From an uncultured Phycisphaerales bacterium (lineage in GTDB: Bacteria > Planctomycetota > Phycisphaerae > Tepidisphaerales > Tepidisphaeraceae): DNA of 64,000 nt. Below are positions 20,897 through 31,134 of the stretch, piece by piece; positions within the stretch are counted from its first letter, which is position 1, and each line of letters opens with the position of its first letter. The position numbers were made by a program, and so were the translations under genes. The notes below the pieces were generated by a model. The model was not told where the DNA came from and did not search any database. It saw only the letters and a list, made by a program, of their open reading frames with translations. The stretch lies in the NCBI GenBank assembly GCA_963844715.1, contig CAWJPJ010000007.1, forward strand, positions 1,088,001-1,152,000, read 5' to 3'.

Positions 20897-21575
20897 CCCG
20901 CGCTGCCGCGTCCCGCATCAGCGTGCGGCGGTTCCGAGGCTGCTCGATGTTGTTCACCACCAGACGAACCAGAAAGCGATCCCATAGCGCCTCAAGACCT
21001 TCTCCTTCAGCAGGAAGCTCGTTCGAAGCAGCAATTAGGGCACGAAGCTTGATATTCTGCTCCTGCGAGCCATTTCGAAACTTGCGTTCGTTGATCACCG
21101 TCAGCAAGGTGTTTTGAATCGACGGGCCGGCCTTCCATATTTCATCGAGGAAAACGACTGTCGCACCCGGCAGATAGAAATCGGTTAGGCGGATGAGCTG
21201 ATCATGCTTCTTCAATGCCTTGATAGAGATGGGGCCGAAGATCTCGTCCGGCGTGCTGAACCTGTTCATGAGATACTCGAAAGCTTTGGCTCCGTCCGGA
21301 AAAGCGAATTTTAGCCGTCTGGCGATAAAGCTTTTCGCGACGCCAGGCGGCCCGAGCAGAAAGACGCTCTCTCCCGCCAGGGCCGAAAGCAGGCAAAGCC
21401 GAACTGCTTGCTCTCGCTCAAGCAATCCTTCAGAGAGGTCTTGGATCAGGCTTGCCACCAACTCGCGTCGCTGCTGCTGCGGCGGAGCGACCGCTTGTTC
21501 CGGTGGAACGTCTGTTGCATTGGCGTACTGGTCCGAAACTGAGATGGGTGCGTGTTTTTTTTTCATGGGCCGCAA
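20897..21575 (-). pseudogene. ravA: RavA/MoxR-type AAA+ ATPase, 3'-truncated
   Basis: '[18 protein letters not shown]', '[15 protein letters not shown]', '[18 protein letters not shown]', 'ASNELP', 'ALWDRF'. The C-terminal domains and the viaA partner are missing. Confidence 0.85.
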
Positions 21576-21615
21576 CCAATCCTAATCAAAACCTTGGGTG
21601 ACTTCCTATGTTTTA

Positions 21616-22509
21616 GAGCCTCTAACAAAAATGCACTTCCCCATGTTTATGGTTGATCGGACAATACGGCTTGGTCTTAGCCATGGAGGGCTTTATGACC
21701 AAGCCGTTGGTGACCGACGAGCTTTGGGAGTTGATCCGACCCCTGCTTCCCAAGCACCGCAGTGGTCCAGGAAAGCGCGGCCGGCCGCCGCTGGACGATC
21801 GCGCGGCGTTGTCGGGTATTCTGTTCGTGCTCAAAACCGGCATTCCGTGGGAATACCTTCCCCAGGAGATGGGATGCGGCAGCGGCATGAGTTGCTGGCG
21901 TCGACTCCGCGATTGGAACCATCGTGGGGTTTGGACGAAGCTGCACGGACTATTGCTGAATCGATTGCGGCGGTCGAATGCCATCGACTGGTCGCGGGCC
22001 TTGGTGGATTCTGCTTCCGTGCGGGCCGTGCACGGGGGAAAAAAACGGGTCCGAGCCCGGTAGATCGCAGGAAAAACGGTTCCAAGCACCATGTATTGAC
22101 CGATGGCAACGGCACGCCGATGGTTGCCCTCCTGACGGCGGCCAACCGCCACGACATCACGCAACTGCTGCCGCTGATCGATGCGATTCCAAAGGTCTCG
22201 GGCAAACCGGGCCGGCCGCGCTGGCGGTTCGAGGTGGTGCAGGGAGACCGGGCGTATCACTCCGAACCGCACCGAAAGGCGTTGCGTCAGCGTGGCAGCC
22301 GCCCGTTGCTGGCCCGACGCAACCGCCCGCACGGAAGTGGTCTTGGCAAAACCCGCTGGCCGGTGGAGCGTACGCTGAGTTGGTTGCATCAGAATCGCCG
22401 ACTGCGAGTCCGTTACGAAAAACGGCCCGACATCCACGCCGCGTTCATGACCGTGGGTGAGGCAATGATCTGTTGGAACAGGCTTCATTCGCATTTTTGT
22501 TAGAGGCTC
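21616..22509 (+). mobile_element. IS5-family element (IS402/IS427-like), two-ORF transposase 21695..22503
   Basis: 19-bp perfect TIR GAGCCTCTAACAAAAATGC (21616-21634 / 22491-22509) with TTA on both flanks. orfA 'MTKPLVTDELWELIRPLLP', orfB 'GDRAY...RWPVERTLSWL'; G5A7 slippery run at 22034-22045. Confidence 0.93.
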
Positions 22510-22512
22510 TTA

Positions 22513-23345
22513 GTCTTTTTCTTGGTAGGCTTGCGGATGCGAGTGAGCAGTTCCCTCGCGTTGTCTAGGGGCGATTTGCTGATCGTGAAGTGATTAAATC
22601 CAAAGATCCTGTCTCCATAAACGGACGCCAGGACGTCCAGCGCGCCATTCTGAGCTAGCCCTCGAAAGCCAGATGCGGTGTGCGAGAAGGTGCCGTGAAC
22701 CAGCAGAAGACCTCGCTGTGCCGAGTCAAATGTGGGCTCGGTATCCAGTAGCGAATCGCCCAGAACACCCTGTGCATTGACACGCACCCAACCTTCGACC
22801 CGATGCGCCTTGGCCCACAATCTGTCTTCGAGCGCCTTGGCGAGGACTGGAAGCAGAGGTTTGGCCACGAGATCAACAACCTTGAGGACAATGATCTTAA
22901 TGATCGATGAGATAATGCCCCGTCGCGTCGTGGAAGTGCCAAGCGCTTGGGAAAGGCTCGGCGGAATGGTGAAGATTAGGGTTTGAACTGTAGCGGCCTT
23001 GATTGCCCCGCGCCGTGTAGATGGCGTCGCAGTCGTAGGGACATGAAAGCTGATCGCGCCAGACGTATGACGGGCGACAGCTACATATGCCTCATCAGCT
23101 TGAACGTCGATCGAGAAGATGACGGGCGTTATGGGCTCCGCTCCGCGCCGCGCGGGTTGTAATTCCGCTTGGAGCTCGCGAACTACCCGTAGTGGGCCGC
23201 TCGTCAAGTATGCCGGTATGTCCACTGCCGCGCCCTGGGCACCGCGGCGGGTTGCCGATTGGGCATCTACGTCACGAAGATCCCATTCCGGGCTATGGTT
23301 AGTAACAGTCCCGTTGATTGGCGAGGAAGCCCCAGATTTGGCCAC
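22513..23345 (-). pseudogene. Truncated alpha/beta-hydrolase-like protein fragment
   Basis: 'GLLLVHGTFSHTASGF...YGDRIFGFNHFTISKSPLDNARELL' ends before any nucleophile motif. Confidence 0.55.
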
Positions 23346-23734
23346 GTTCTTGTCCTTCCTCGACGCGCGATTGCATACGATAGCTTAATACTGCCGCGAC
23401 GAACGCTCGGATCAAAGAGGTTGGAGATGACGTCAGCGGAGCCGTTGCGAAGGTCGCAGAGAATCATCGTATGCTATTGCGATGTCTAAGACCGGTCAAT
23501 AAGAATCGAAGCTGAATGACCACGTGTCGCGCATCAGCCCGACGTTCCAACGCCGGGGTCAGAGAAGTGTCAGAGAATTCTTTTTGTCAGAGATGCGTCA
23601 GAAAATTTATTTCAAATCCTCGAAATTTGTGTAAAATCAAGGGATCATAGAGCAGCACTTTTGGTTGGCTCTAATGCACGTAAAAAATGTTCTGACCGGC
23701 GCTTGTAACGCGCGGAAGGCGGATTTTCAGCGCC

Positions 23735-23777
23735 GCCTCCGGAGCCGAAGGTTGTAGGTTCGAGCCCCACCGGGAAC
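23735..23777 (+). repeat. tRNA-Arg 3'-half copy 1 (att site)
   Basis: GCCTCCGGAGCCGAAGGTTGTAGGTTCGAGCCCCACCGGGAAC, identical to 20620-20662. Confidence 0.95.
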
Positions 23778-23800
23778 GTTCGGGATGAGAACACCAGCTT

Positions 23801-24106
23801 ATGCCAAAGCTATTTGAATATCTGGGAATTGTCGTCCTATTCTATTCAAATGAGCACGAGCCGATCCATGTACATGGAAAATACGAGCGTCGAGAAAGTC
23901 GCGCCGAGTTGGTCGTAAGAGACGGTAAGGTAGTGGATATAATTTACTCTTCAGTTCGCGGTCGAAAACCTTTGGAAGGTCCACAACTATCGGATTTCCA
24001 AACTTTAGTACGGCATCGCGCGGACGACATCGTGAAAAAATGGATCGATTATTTTGTCCTGCATCGTCGAGTGCAGGCGGAAATAATCACGCGGAGGATC
24101 AAATGA
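23801..24106 (+). CDS. DUF4160-family protein (putative toxin of a DUF4160/DUF2442 pair)
   Basis: 'MPKLFEYLGIVVLFYSNEHEPIHVHG'. Confidence 0.85.
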   Translation: MPKLFEYLGIVVLFYSNEHEPIHVHGKYERRESRAELVVRDGKVVDIIYSSVRGRKPLEGPQLSDFQTLVRHRADDIVKKWIDYFVLHRRVQAEIITRRIK

Positions 24107-24365
24107 CGATTCCTAAGGACGCTGAAATTTTCATCGAGGAAGCCTGCGCCAGTGGGCGATTATCGGTTGCGTCTAGTTTTCAGCGATGGAGCGAAGCGAA
24201 TCGTTGATTTTGTGCGCGTTCCTGAAGTCATCAAGCAATCCACAAATTCGCGCATTTCTTGAGCCATCCGCATTCGCGCGGTTTGTGGTCAGTAATGGCG
24301 ATTTGGTTTGGGACGACTACGAGCTTTGCTTTCCGATTGCCGATCTTTACGAGGGTCGCATTTAA
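24103..24365 (+). CDS. DUF2442-family protein (putative antitoxin; frameshifted, absent from the ORF track)
   Basis: ATGA-coupled to DUF4160. Pieces read 'DYRLRLVFSDG..RIVDF' and 'GDLVWDDYELCFPIADLYEGRI*'. Confidence 0.75.
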
Positions 24366-24378
24366 AATCGGCGTTAAT

Positions 24379-24420
24379 CTCCGGAGCCGAAGGTTGTAGG
24401 TTCGAACTGCGGCCGGAACA
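24379..24420 (+). repeat. tRNA-Arg 3'-half copy 2 (degenerate att)
   Basis: 27 nt identical (CTCCGGAGCCGAAGGTTGTAGGTTCGA), then divergent, ending GGAACA. Confidence 0.9.
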
Positions 24421-24468
24421 TTGCTGGAATTAGCGGATTTTGATTCAATCATTTTTTGAAAGACACGA

Positions 24469-24513
24469 CGGCCTCCGGAGCCGAAGGTTGTAGGTTCGAG
24501 CCCCACCAAGAAC
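24469..24513 (+). repeat. tRNA-Arg 3'-half copy 3 (att)
   Basis: 39 nt identical (CGGCCTCC...GAGCCCCACC), then AAGAAC where the tRNA has GGGAAC. Confidence 0.92.
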
Positions 24514-24577
24514 CTTTAGTTCGAAAATGAGTAAGGTTAACGGCGATTGCCCTTCGCCGACTCCATCCCGCTAGCTA

Positions 24578-25464
24578 GGGCCTGTCTGATGAATCCAAAA
24601 TCCTGAAATAGCGACGGATCATGGCGAGCTTGGCCATGGCCTGAAAGTTCACCGCCAGTTTCTCGTAACGCGTGCCCAGGCGGCGATTCTCCTTCATCCA
24701 ATTCACGCAACGCTCCACCACGTTCCGTCGGCGATACGCCTTGCGATCAAAGTTCTCCTGCGGCGGCTGATTCGATTTCGCCGGGATCACCGCTTGGATT
24801 CGGTGGCGACGCAGCCATCGCCGCACATTTCCGTAACTGTATCCCTTGTCGCCCGCCAGCCTCCTGGGGCGACGACGGCGGCGACCGATGCGCATCGCGT
24901 TCATCACCGGCTCCACGTACCGGCTCTCGTGGCATTGGCCGGCGCTGGCCTCGACGGCGAGCGGAACTCCCTGGCCGTCAGTAACCAGGTGGAGCTTGCT
25001 GCCCCACCCGCCTCGGCTGCGGCCCAACGCGTGATCCGCCGGTTCTTCCGGGGCGGTTTTGATTTTCTGGCTCCGGCGGCGGATCGACTGGCTCGCACAT
25101 TGGTGCCGTCGATGCACCACAGGTCCCAGTCGATTCGTCCTTGCTTGTCCAACCTCATCTGCAGCCGCTGGAGGATTCGATCAATCGTTCCGTCCTTTCT
25201 CCAGCGGTTGAAGCGGTCGTAGACGCTTTGCCATCTGCCGTAACGTTCGGGCATCTCGCGCCATTCAGTGCCCGAGTGCAGAATCCAGAACATGCCGTTG
25301 AGCGTGGTGCGGTGGTCGTTCCACTGCCCGCCGCGCTTGCCGTTGCCGGGCAGCAGATCGCCGATCAACTCGTACTGCTCATCCGTGAGCTCATAACGTC
25401 GCATCCGTGACACCTCGTCTGAAAACCGCTATTTATAACCAAAAGCGATTCATCAGACAGGCCC
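24578..25464 (-). mobile_element. IS5-family element (IS427-like), two-ORF transposase 25404..24575
   Basis: TIR GGGCCTGTCTGATGAATC at both ends inside a CTAG/TA target. orfA 'MRRYELTDEQ...YGRWQSVYDRFNRW', orfB 'LGRSRGGWGSKLH...GDKGY...RNVVERC'. Confidence 0.93.
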
Positions 25465-26858
25465 TAGTCCGCCGAGGCCGTCGAATCGCCATCCCACCTA
25501 TCGCCAGCAACGCCAAACTAAACGTCCCCGGCTCGGGAACCGTGACGTTCGTCAGTCCATATTCCCAAACGCCGCTGGTCGGCGTCGCCGTGTAATACGG
25601 ATCGGTATCCGGCACCGTGACCTTCAGCCCAGACAGGTTGATGTTCGTGCCATACCACATCTCCATGTACTGACTGGCTGAGATGTTCACGTTGTTGAAC
25701 GTCAGGCCGTTGATGCTGAGCGGATTGGTATTCAGTCCGTTAATGATTCCGGCATTGGCCGAGCCGGTTACCGTGATATTCGAATACGTAATATTCTCAT
25801 AAAACGGTGTCGTCGAATCCGCGGTCTTCGGCGTTGCCGGATAATACGTCGAGTTGGTCGGGCTGTCCGGAAATATGTCGTTGCCGTTGTAAAAACTTTC
25901 GATGATGATCGGATTGGTCACATTGGTCATCGTGATGTTGCTGTAGGTGACGTTTTTCAGCGGCAATGTCGCGCCGCCGCCGCCGTCTGTTCCACCGGCG
26001 TCCTCCGCCTTGATGCGCAGCCCGTTGGTCGTTCCGTTGAACGTGCAATTGTTCACGGTCATGTTGCTCAGGCCGTCCACCGTTCCGCCCCCGATCGAAA
26101 TGCCGTGCCCCGCCCCGATGATGTCGTTCTCGATGACGACGTTGTTCACCGCTCCCGATCCCGACTTTGCGACAATGTCATCGTCGCCGTCGCTGACCGT
26201 CGAGTTTTCGATCAGAAAATTATTCCCATTGAAGTCGATGCCGTCGGTGTTGCTTATGTATTTACCGTTATTGGCCGCCAGCGTACCCGGGTCCGCGATG
26301 GTGATGTCGTTGATCGTTACGTTGTTCGACGTTTCGATCACCAGATGCTCATTGCCGGCGTTCTCGATGCTGACTCCCGTGACTTCCAGGTCCGTCGTCT
26401 TGGTGATATTGACCAGCTTGTTGCCGCTACCCGCCGCTGGTTGTCGCGTGTCCGTCGATGATGCCGGTGCCGCTGATTTCAACGTTGTTCAGCGTCGCGC
26501 CGTTGGATGCGATGAGCGTGGCGCCAACCGTGTTATCGCGCAACACGGCTCCGCTTTGCAGATCCAGATTCACGTCGCTTTCGATGTCGACCTGGTTGGA
26601 GAGAAAGATGCCCGACGGAATCACAACCGTCCCCCCGTTGGGATCGGCGCTGGCGGCGTTGATTGCGTCCTGAATGTCTGTGGTATTGGTCGACGCGGAG
26701 TTGCTTGCCGATGCGCCGTAGCTCGTGATGTTATAGGTTCCGCCCGTAAAAGTCGGCAGCGTCGGATCAGCAAAAGCCCGCGCCGACAATCCCGCCGTGG
26801 CGGCCAGCGACAAAACCAGCGTCCGGCTTCGCCGAATGCTGACAAAGGTTAAATGCAT
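25433..26858 (-). CDS. GH28 polygalacturonase-like protein with PEP-CTERM sorting signal (frameshift near 26430-26480)
   Basis: GH28 motifs NTDG, GDD, GHG and RIK; signal peptide; C-terminal 'VPEPGTFSLALLAIGGMAIRR'. Confidence 0.9.
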
Positions 26859-27217
26859 TCTCTCGTCTCCAAATGAGCGTCTTCGCCAGACCCTAATTCC
26901 GAATGGAATCACAAATTGGCGTACGAACACACTCGCCGGCCCGTCAAGACGTTCCGGCGGCCATGCGCTCTTCGCAAAACCGCGATACCATCCGTTGTAA
27001 ACTCCGCAGCCCCCATTTCCGCGATCGAACACGAATCACCGGTCCGCGTCGCAGGCTAATCAATATACATACACCACCCCTTAATCGCGTCAATATAAAA
27101 CTCCATTATTGCACCCGCTTTCCTTGTTTGGCTGCCCGCGCGGTTTCATGAAACTCCTTTGCGCTAGGCACCTTATGCAAAAACACAGCGATCCATTCCT
27201 ACGCGCCTTGCCGCCCG

Positions 27218-28108
27218 CTAGACCCCGCCTCCCATCGCGTCGATGGTTGCCAGGAATTGCCTCCCAGCCGCCCCCAGCGACCGCCCGCGCACCAGCAGCC
27301 GGTGCAGCGGCCGCCGAATCGTCAAACCCGCTACCTCAAGCCGCACCAGTTTCCCCGACGCCAATTCCCCCGCCACGGCCAATCGCGACATGACCGCCAA
27401 TCCCAACCCTCCGACTACCGCCCCCTTGATCGCCTCCGCGCTCCCCAGCGAAAGGATCGGCCGCACCGACTGACCCTTCTTCGCCAGTGCCCGTTCCACA
27501 ACCGCCCGGGTTCCTGATCCGCGCCTCCCGGAATATCAGCGGCTGGGCGCACAGATCCCGCACCGTGACCCGCCGCTTCCCCAGCAGCGGATGTCGCGGC
27601 GGCGCGACCGCGATCAGTTCATCGTGCGCAAACACGTGCGCTTCCAGCTCCTCGGACTCGATAAATCCCTCCGTCATCGCCAGGTGCAACTCGCCCGCCA
27701 CCAGCTTCGATTGAATTTCATGCGTGTTGGCGATTTCCATTTCAAAATCCAGATGCGGATGCCGTCGCCGGAATTCACACACGACAGGGGGGAGGAAGTA
27801 CGAGCCGATCGTCAGGCTCGCCCCCACGACCAGCCGCCCGCGCCGAGTCCCACCAATTCGCGCACCGATTGCTCGGCGTCTTGCTCCATGGCGGAGATTC
27901 GCCGCGCCTGGCTCAGCAGCAACTCGCCCGCCTCCGTCAGGCGCGTCCCGCGCGGCAAGCGATCCAGCAATTTCGTCCCCAGGCTCGCCTCAAGCTCGGC
28001 GACCTGCTGCGAAAGCGTCGGCTGACTCACCAGCAACGCCTCCGCCCCGCGCGTAAACCCGCCCGCCTCCGCCACCGCGCAAAACGCCGCCAGATGATTG
28101 CGATTCAT
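27218..28108 (-). CDS. LysR-family regulator (YeiE/CysL-like), frameshifted twice
   Basis: HTH 'GGFTRGAEALLVSQPTLSQQVAELE', 'GASLTIGSYFLP', 'SAEAIKGAVVGGLG'; divergent from a YeiH gene. Confidence 0.9.
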
Positions 28109-28217
28109 GACATAACTATAACCTATGAATATCATAAATAATATGTATTTGTATTATGGATTGAATATCGTATGAATTGGGCACGTCGCCCGCACAAAAA
28201 GGGCCGGGAGTTCAATA

Positions 28218-29195
28218 ATGTCCGCTTGGTTTTCAGAATTGCGTTTGCGTCAGGGCGTTTTCCTCGCCATCGCCGCCGCCTGCCTCTCCCCATGGGCGTC
28301 GCCGCCCCTGGCCCTCTTCCTGGGCGTCGCTCTCGCCGTGGTCATCGACCATCCCTTTCGCGACCTCGGCCGAAAAAGCACCAAGTGGCTTCTCCAATCC
28401 AGCGTCGTTCTCCTCGGCTTCGGCATGAACCTCCCGGCCGTTCTCCGGGCCGGCATGGGCGGCGCACTCCTGGGAATGGCAACCATCTCCGTCACCCTCA
28501 CACTCGGATATTTCCTCGGCCGCTGGCTCAAAATCGGCGGCAGAACCGCGCTCCTCATCTCCGCCGGCACCGCCATCTGCGGCGGCAGCGCCATCGCGGC
28601 CGTCAGCACCGCCATCGATGCCGAGGAAGGCGACGTCACCGTCGCCCTCGGAACCGTCTTCATGTTCAACGCCGCCGCCCTCTATCTTTTCCCCATCATC
28701 GGCCGCGCCCTCGGGCTCTCCCCCCATCAATTCGGTACCTGGGCCGGCATGGCGATCCACGACGTCTCCTCCGTCGTCGGCGCCGCCAGCCGCTTCGGCG
28801 CCGAGTCCCTCCAAACCGCCGCCGCCGTCAAACTCGCCCGGGCCCTTTGGATCGTCCCCGTCGTCGCGGCCGCCGCCATCATGGCCCGGCGCCAGCGCTC
28901 CGATTCCGCTCCCGAAAAAAGCAAAGCCGCTTCCCGCCTTTCGCACTTCCCCTGGTTCATTGGCCTGTTCGTCCTCGCCAGCACGATTCGCAGCTTCGTC
29001 CCCGGCGTTGCCCAAGCCGCGCCGGCCCTGACTCACCTCGCCACGATGGGTCTCACCCTGACGCTATTTCTCATCGGCGCCAGTTTATCCATGAAGACTT
29101 TGCGATCGGTGGGATTCAAGTCCCTCCTGCTCGGACTCATCCTCTGGGCAACCGTCAGCGCCGGATCGCTTCTTGCGATTCATTACCTGGCCTGA
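28218..29195 (+). CDS. YeiH-family putative sulfate exporter membrane protein
   Basis: 'GTAICGGSAIAA', 'FGTWAGMAIHDVSSVVGA', 'VKLARALWI'. Confidence 0.9.
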   Translation: MSAWFSELRLRQGVFLAIAAACLSPWASPPLALFLGVALAVVIDHPFRDLGRKSTKWLLQSSVVLLGFGMNLPAVLRAGMGGALLGMATISVTLTLGYFLGRWLKIGGRTALLISAGTAICGGSAIAAVSTAIDAEEGDVTVALGTVFMFNAAALYLFPIIGRALGLSPHQFGTWAGMAIHDVSSVVGAASRFGAESLQTAAAVKLARALWIVPVVAAAAIMARRQRSDSAPEKSKAASRLSHFPWFIGLFVLASTIRSFVPGVAQAAPALTHLATMGLTLTLFLIGASLSMKTLRSVGFKSLLLGLILWATVSAGSLLAIHYLA

Positions 29196-29217
29196 AGTAA
29201 AACCGGCCGCGTCGCCC

Positions 29218-29708
29218 TCACGCCAGCGCCTTCGGCGCCCGGAACCGCAACACCGCCGCCACGCCCAGTCCCACAAATGCCGCCAGAACGACAAGCTGCG
29301 TTGCCTTAAACAACGGCTCACTCTGCGCGGGCGCCAGCGCTTTCAGCGCCGGGACTTTCATGAAAAGCTGCACCACCAGCACAAACACGTTCAGATACAG
29401 TGCCAAAACCGCCGTCACGACATAAATCCAGCGCCAAGCCCCCGCCAAATGCGCCGGATATGCGCCAGGATCGCCGGAATCAGCACCGCCAGTGAGATGA
29501 TCCCCAGTACATGCGACGGCATCAGATGCTGCACCGGAAACAAAAACCCCGTCACGCTCGTCGCCACCGTAGCCACGAGAAAAACCGCCGTCCACCCATC
29601 CAGGCGTTTATCCGCAAGCAACCCAAGCACCACCACAATCCCGGAAAAGATCCCGATCAAACTGATAGCGACATGAAAAATCGTGAAGATCGTCAGGCCG
29701 ATGCTCAT
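29218..29708 (-). CDS. Membrane protein (frameshifted)
   Basis: Hydrophobic ORFs 29415..29708 and 29218..29595 join: 'HVAISLIGI...TSVTGFLFP' then 'WRWIYVVTAVLALYLNVFVLVVQLF'. Confidence 0.75.
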
Positions 29709-29905
29709 GGTTCACCGTCCTCCGTGTCGTGCAGCGAGGAAATGATACCGCCAATTGACCCAATTCGCCGAGATAGTCAAGAAAAAATTGGCCCTCGCGC
29801 TCGCCCTGCGTGGCAAAAAAATCACCCAAATGTTTGGCAATCCGCGGCGATTTCATTAGGCTCTCCACTGTGGCGCACCCGTCTGGTAAACGGCGGGCGA
29901 CGGCG

Positions 29906-31134
29906 ATGAAATTTGCACGCTCCGGAATCGCCAACAATTTCACAGAAAAAGGGGCTGGATCTTTCAGCGCGCATCCTCTGGTGCGTGGCGGTGGTGGTGG
30001 CCGTCTGCGCGGATTTCTTGCCCACTTGCCGCGCCACCGCGGAATCTACGCCCTTTACGCGCTAGCCGGGCATCACTGGATCGCCGGCCAGAACGTCTAC
30101 GCCGCCAAGGACGGCTTCGACGTCTTCCGCTACGCCCCCCTCGTCGCCGCCGCGCTGGCTCCCCTGGCAAAAATGCCGGATATCCTGGGCAATCTCATAT
30201 TTCGCGGCGCCAACGCCGCCGCTTTCATGTTCGGCGCTTTTGCCTTCCTCGATCGTGTCGTGCGCCAGCCGCGCGGCTCCGTCCCCGCTTCCATTTATTG
30301 GCTCATCCTCGCTCCCCTCGCCTTCAACGGATTGACCGACGCCCAGGTCAACGCGCTGGCGACCGGCTTCATGCTCCTGGCCGTCGCCGCGCCCCCTAAG
30401 TCTCGTTGGACTCTGGCCGCCATCTGCCTCACCGGGGCCGTGCTTCTAAAGGTCTATCCCATCGCCCTGATGTTCCCCTGCATCGTGCTCTGGCCGCGCC
30501 AACTCGCCGGCCGTTGCGCCGCCGCCATGCTCGTCGGCTTGCTCGCGCCCTTCCTCATGCAGCATCCCCATTATGTCTGGGACCAATATCTCCGCTGGTT
30601 CCATCTCATGGGAGTCAATGACCGCCAGGGCCGCCCGGTTCAGGATTGGTACCGCGACATCCGACTTCCCTCCTACAAACTCGGCCTGCATATTTCCGCC
30701 CGCTGCTTACGCTGGCTCTCCAGCTCATCGCCGCGGCTTGGGTGCTCGCCGTGACCTTTCGTTTTCCCGGCTCGCGAATCGACTGGCGCCGCGATCTGGC
30801 CATCCTCTACGGAATGGCCGCCGGCTGGATGATGGCTTTCGGCCCGGCGACCGAGGGCGTCACCTATATCATGCTCGCCCCGGCCCTCGCCTGGCTCGGC
30901 GTCGACGCAATCATTTATCCTCACGGGCGCATCTGGCGCATCGCCGTCTGGGCCGTCGTCTTCGGATTCATCGTCACGGAACTCTCCCTCTGGTTTCCGT
31001 TTGGCCGCGCCCTGCGGAGCGTCGGCCCGCAGGCGTTCGGTGCTGTCATGGTCATGGTCTTCATGACCATCCTGCGCCTAAAGCCCGCTGAAATAGCCCC
31101 GTTGCCAATCACGCCGGTGGAAACCACAATATGA
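29906..31134 (+). CDS. GT87 (DUF2029)-like membrane glycosyltransferase (frameshifted)
   Basis: 'FRYAPLVA', 'AQVNAL', 'LLKVYP' and many TM segments; C-terminus in ORF 30646..31134. Confidence 0.7.

Larger units (their letters stand above)
20664..23777. mobile_element. Decayed genomic island integrated at the tRNA-Arg 3' end
   Basis: 43-bp exact direct repeat of the tRNA 3' half (20620-20662 = 23735-23777); repeated GTCAGAGA motifs inside both ends; gene fragments and an IS inside. Confidence 0.85.

Noticed and set aside
23735..24513. CRISPR array or extra tRNA genes
   Set aside because: The repeats are tRNA 3' halves lacking the D-arm and 5' acceptor strand, spacing is irregular, and there are no cas genes.
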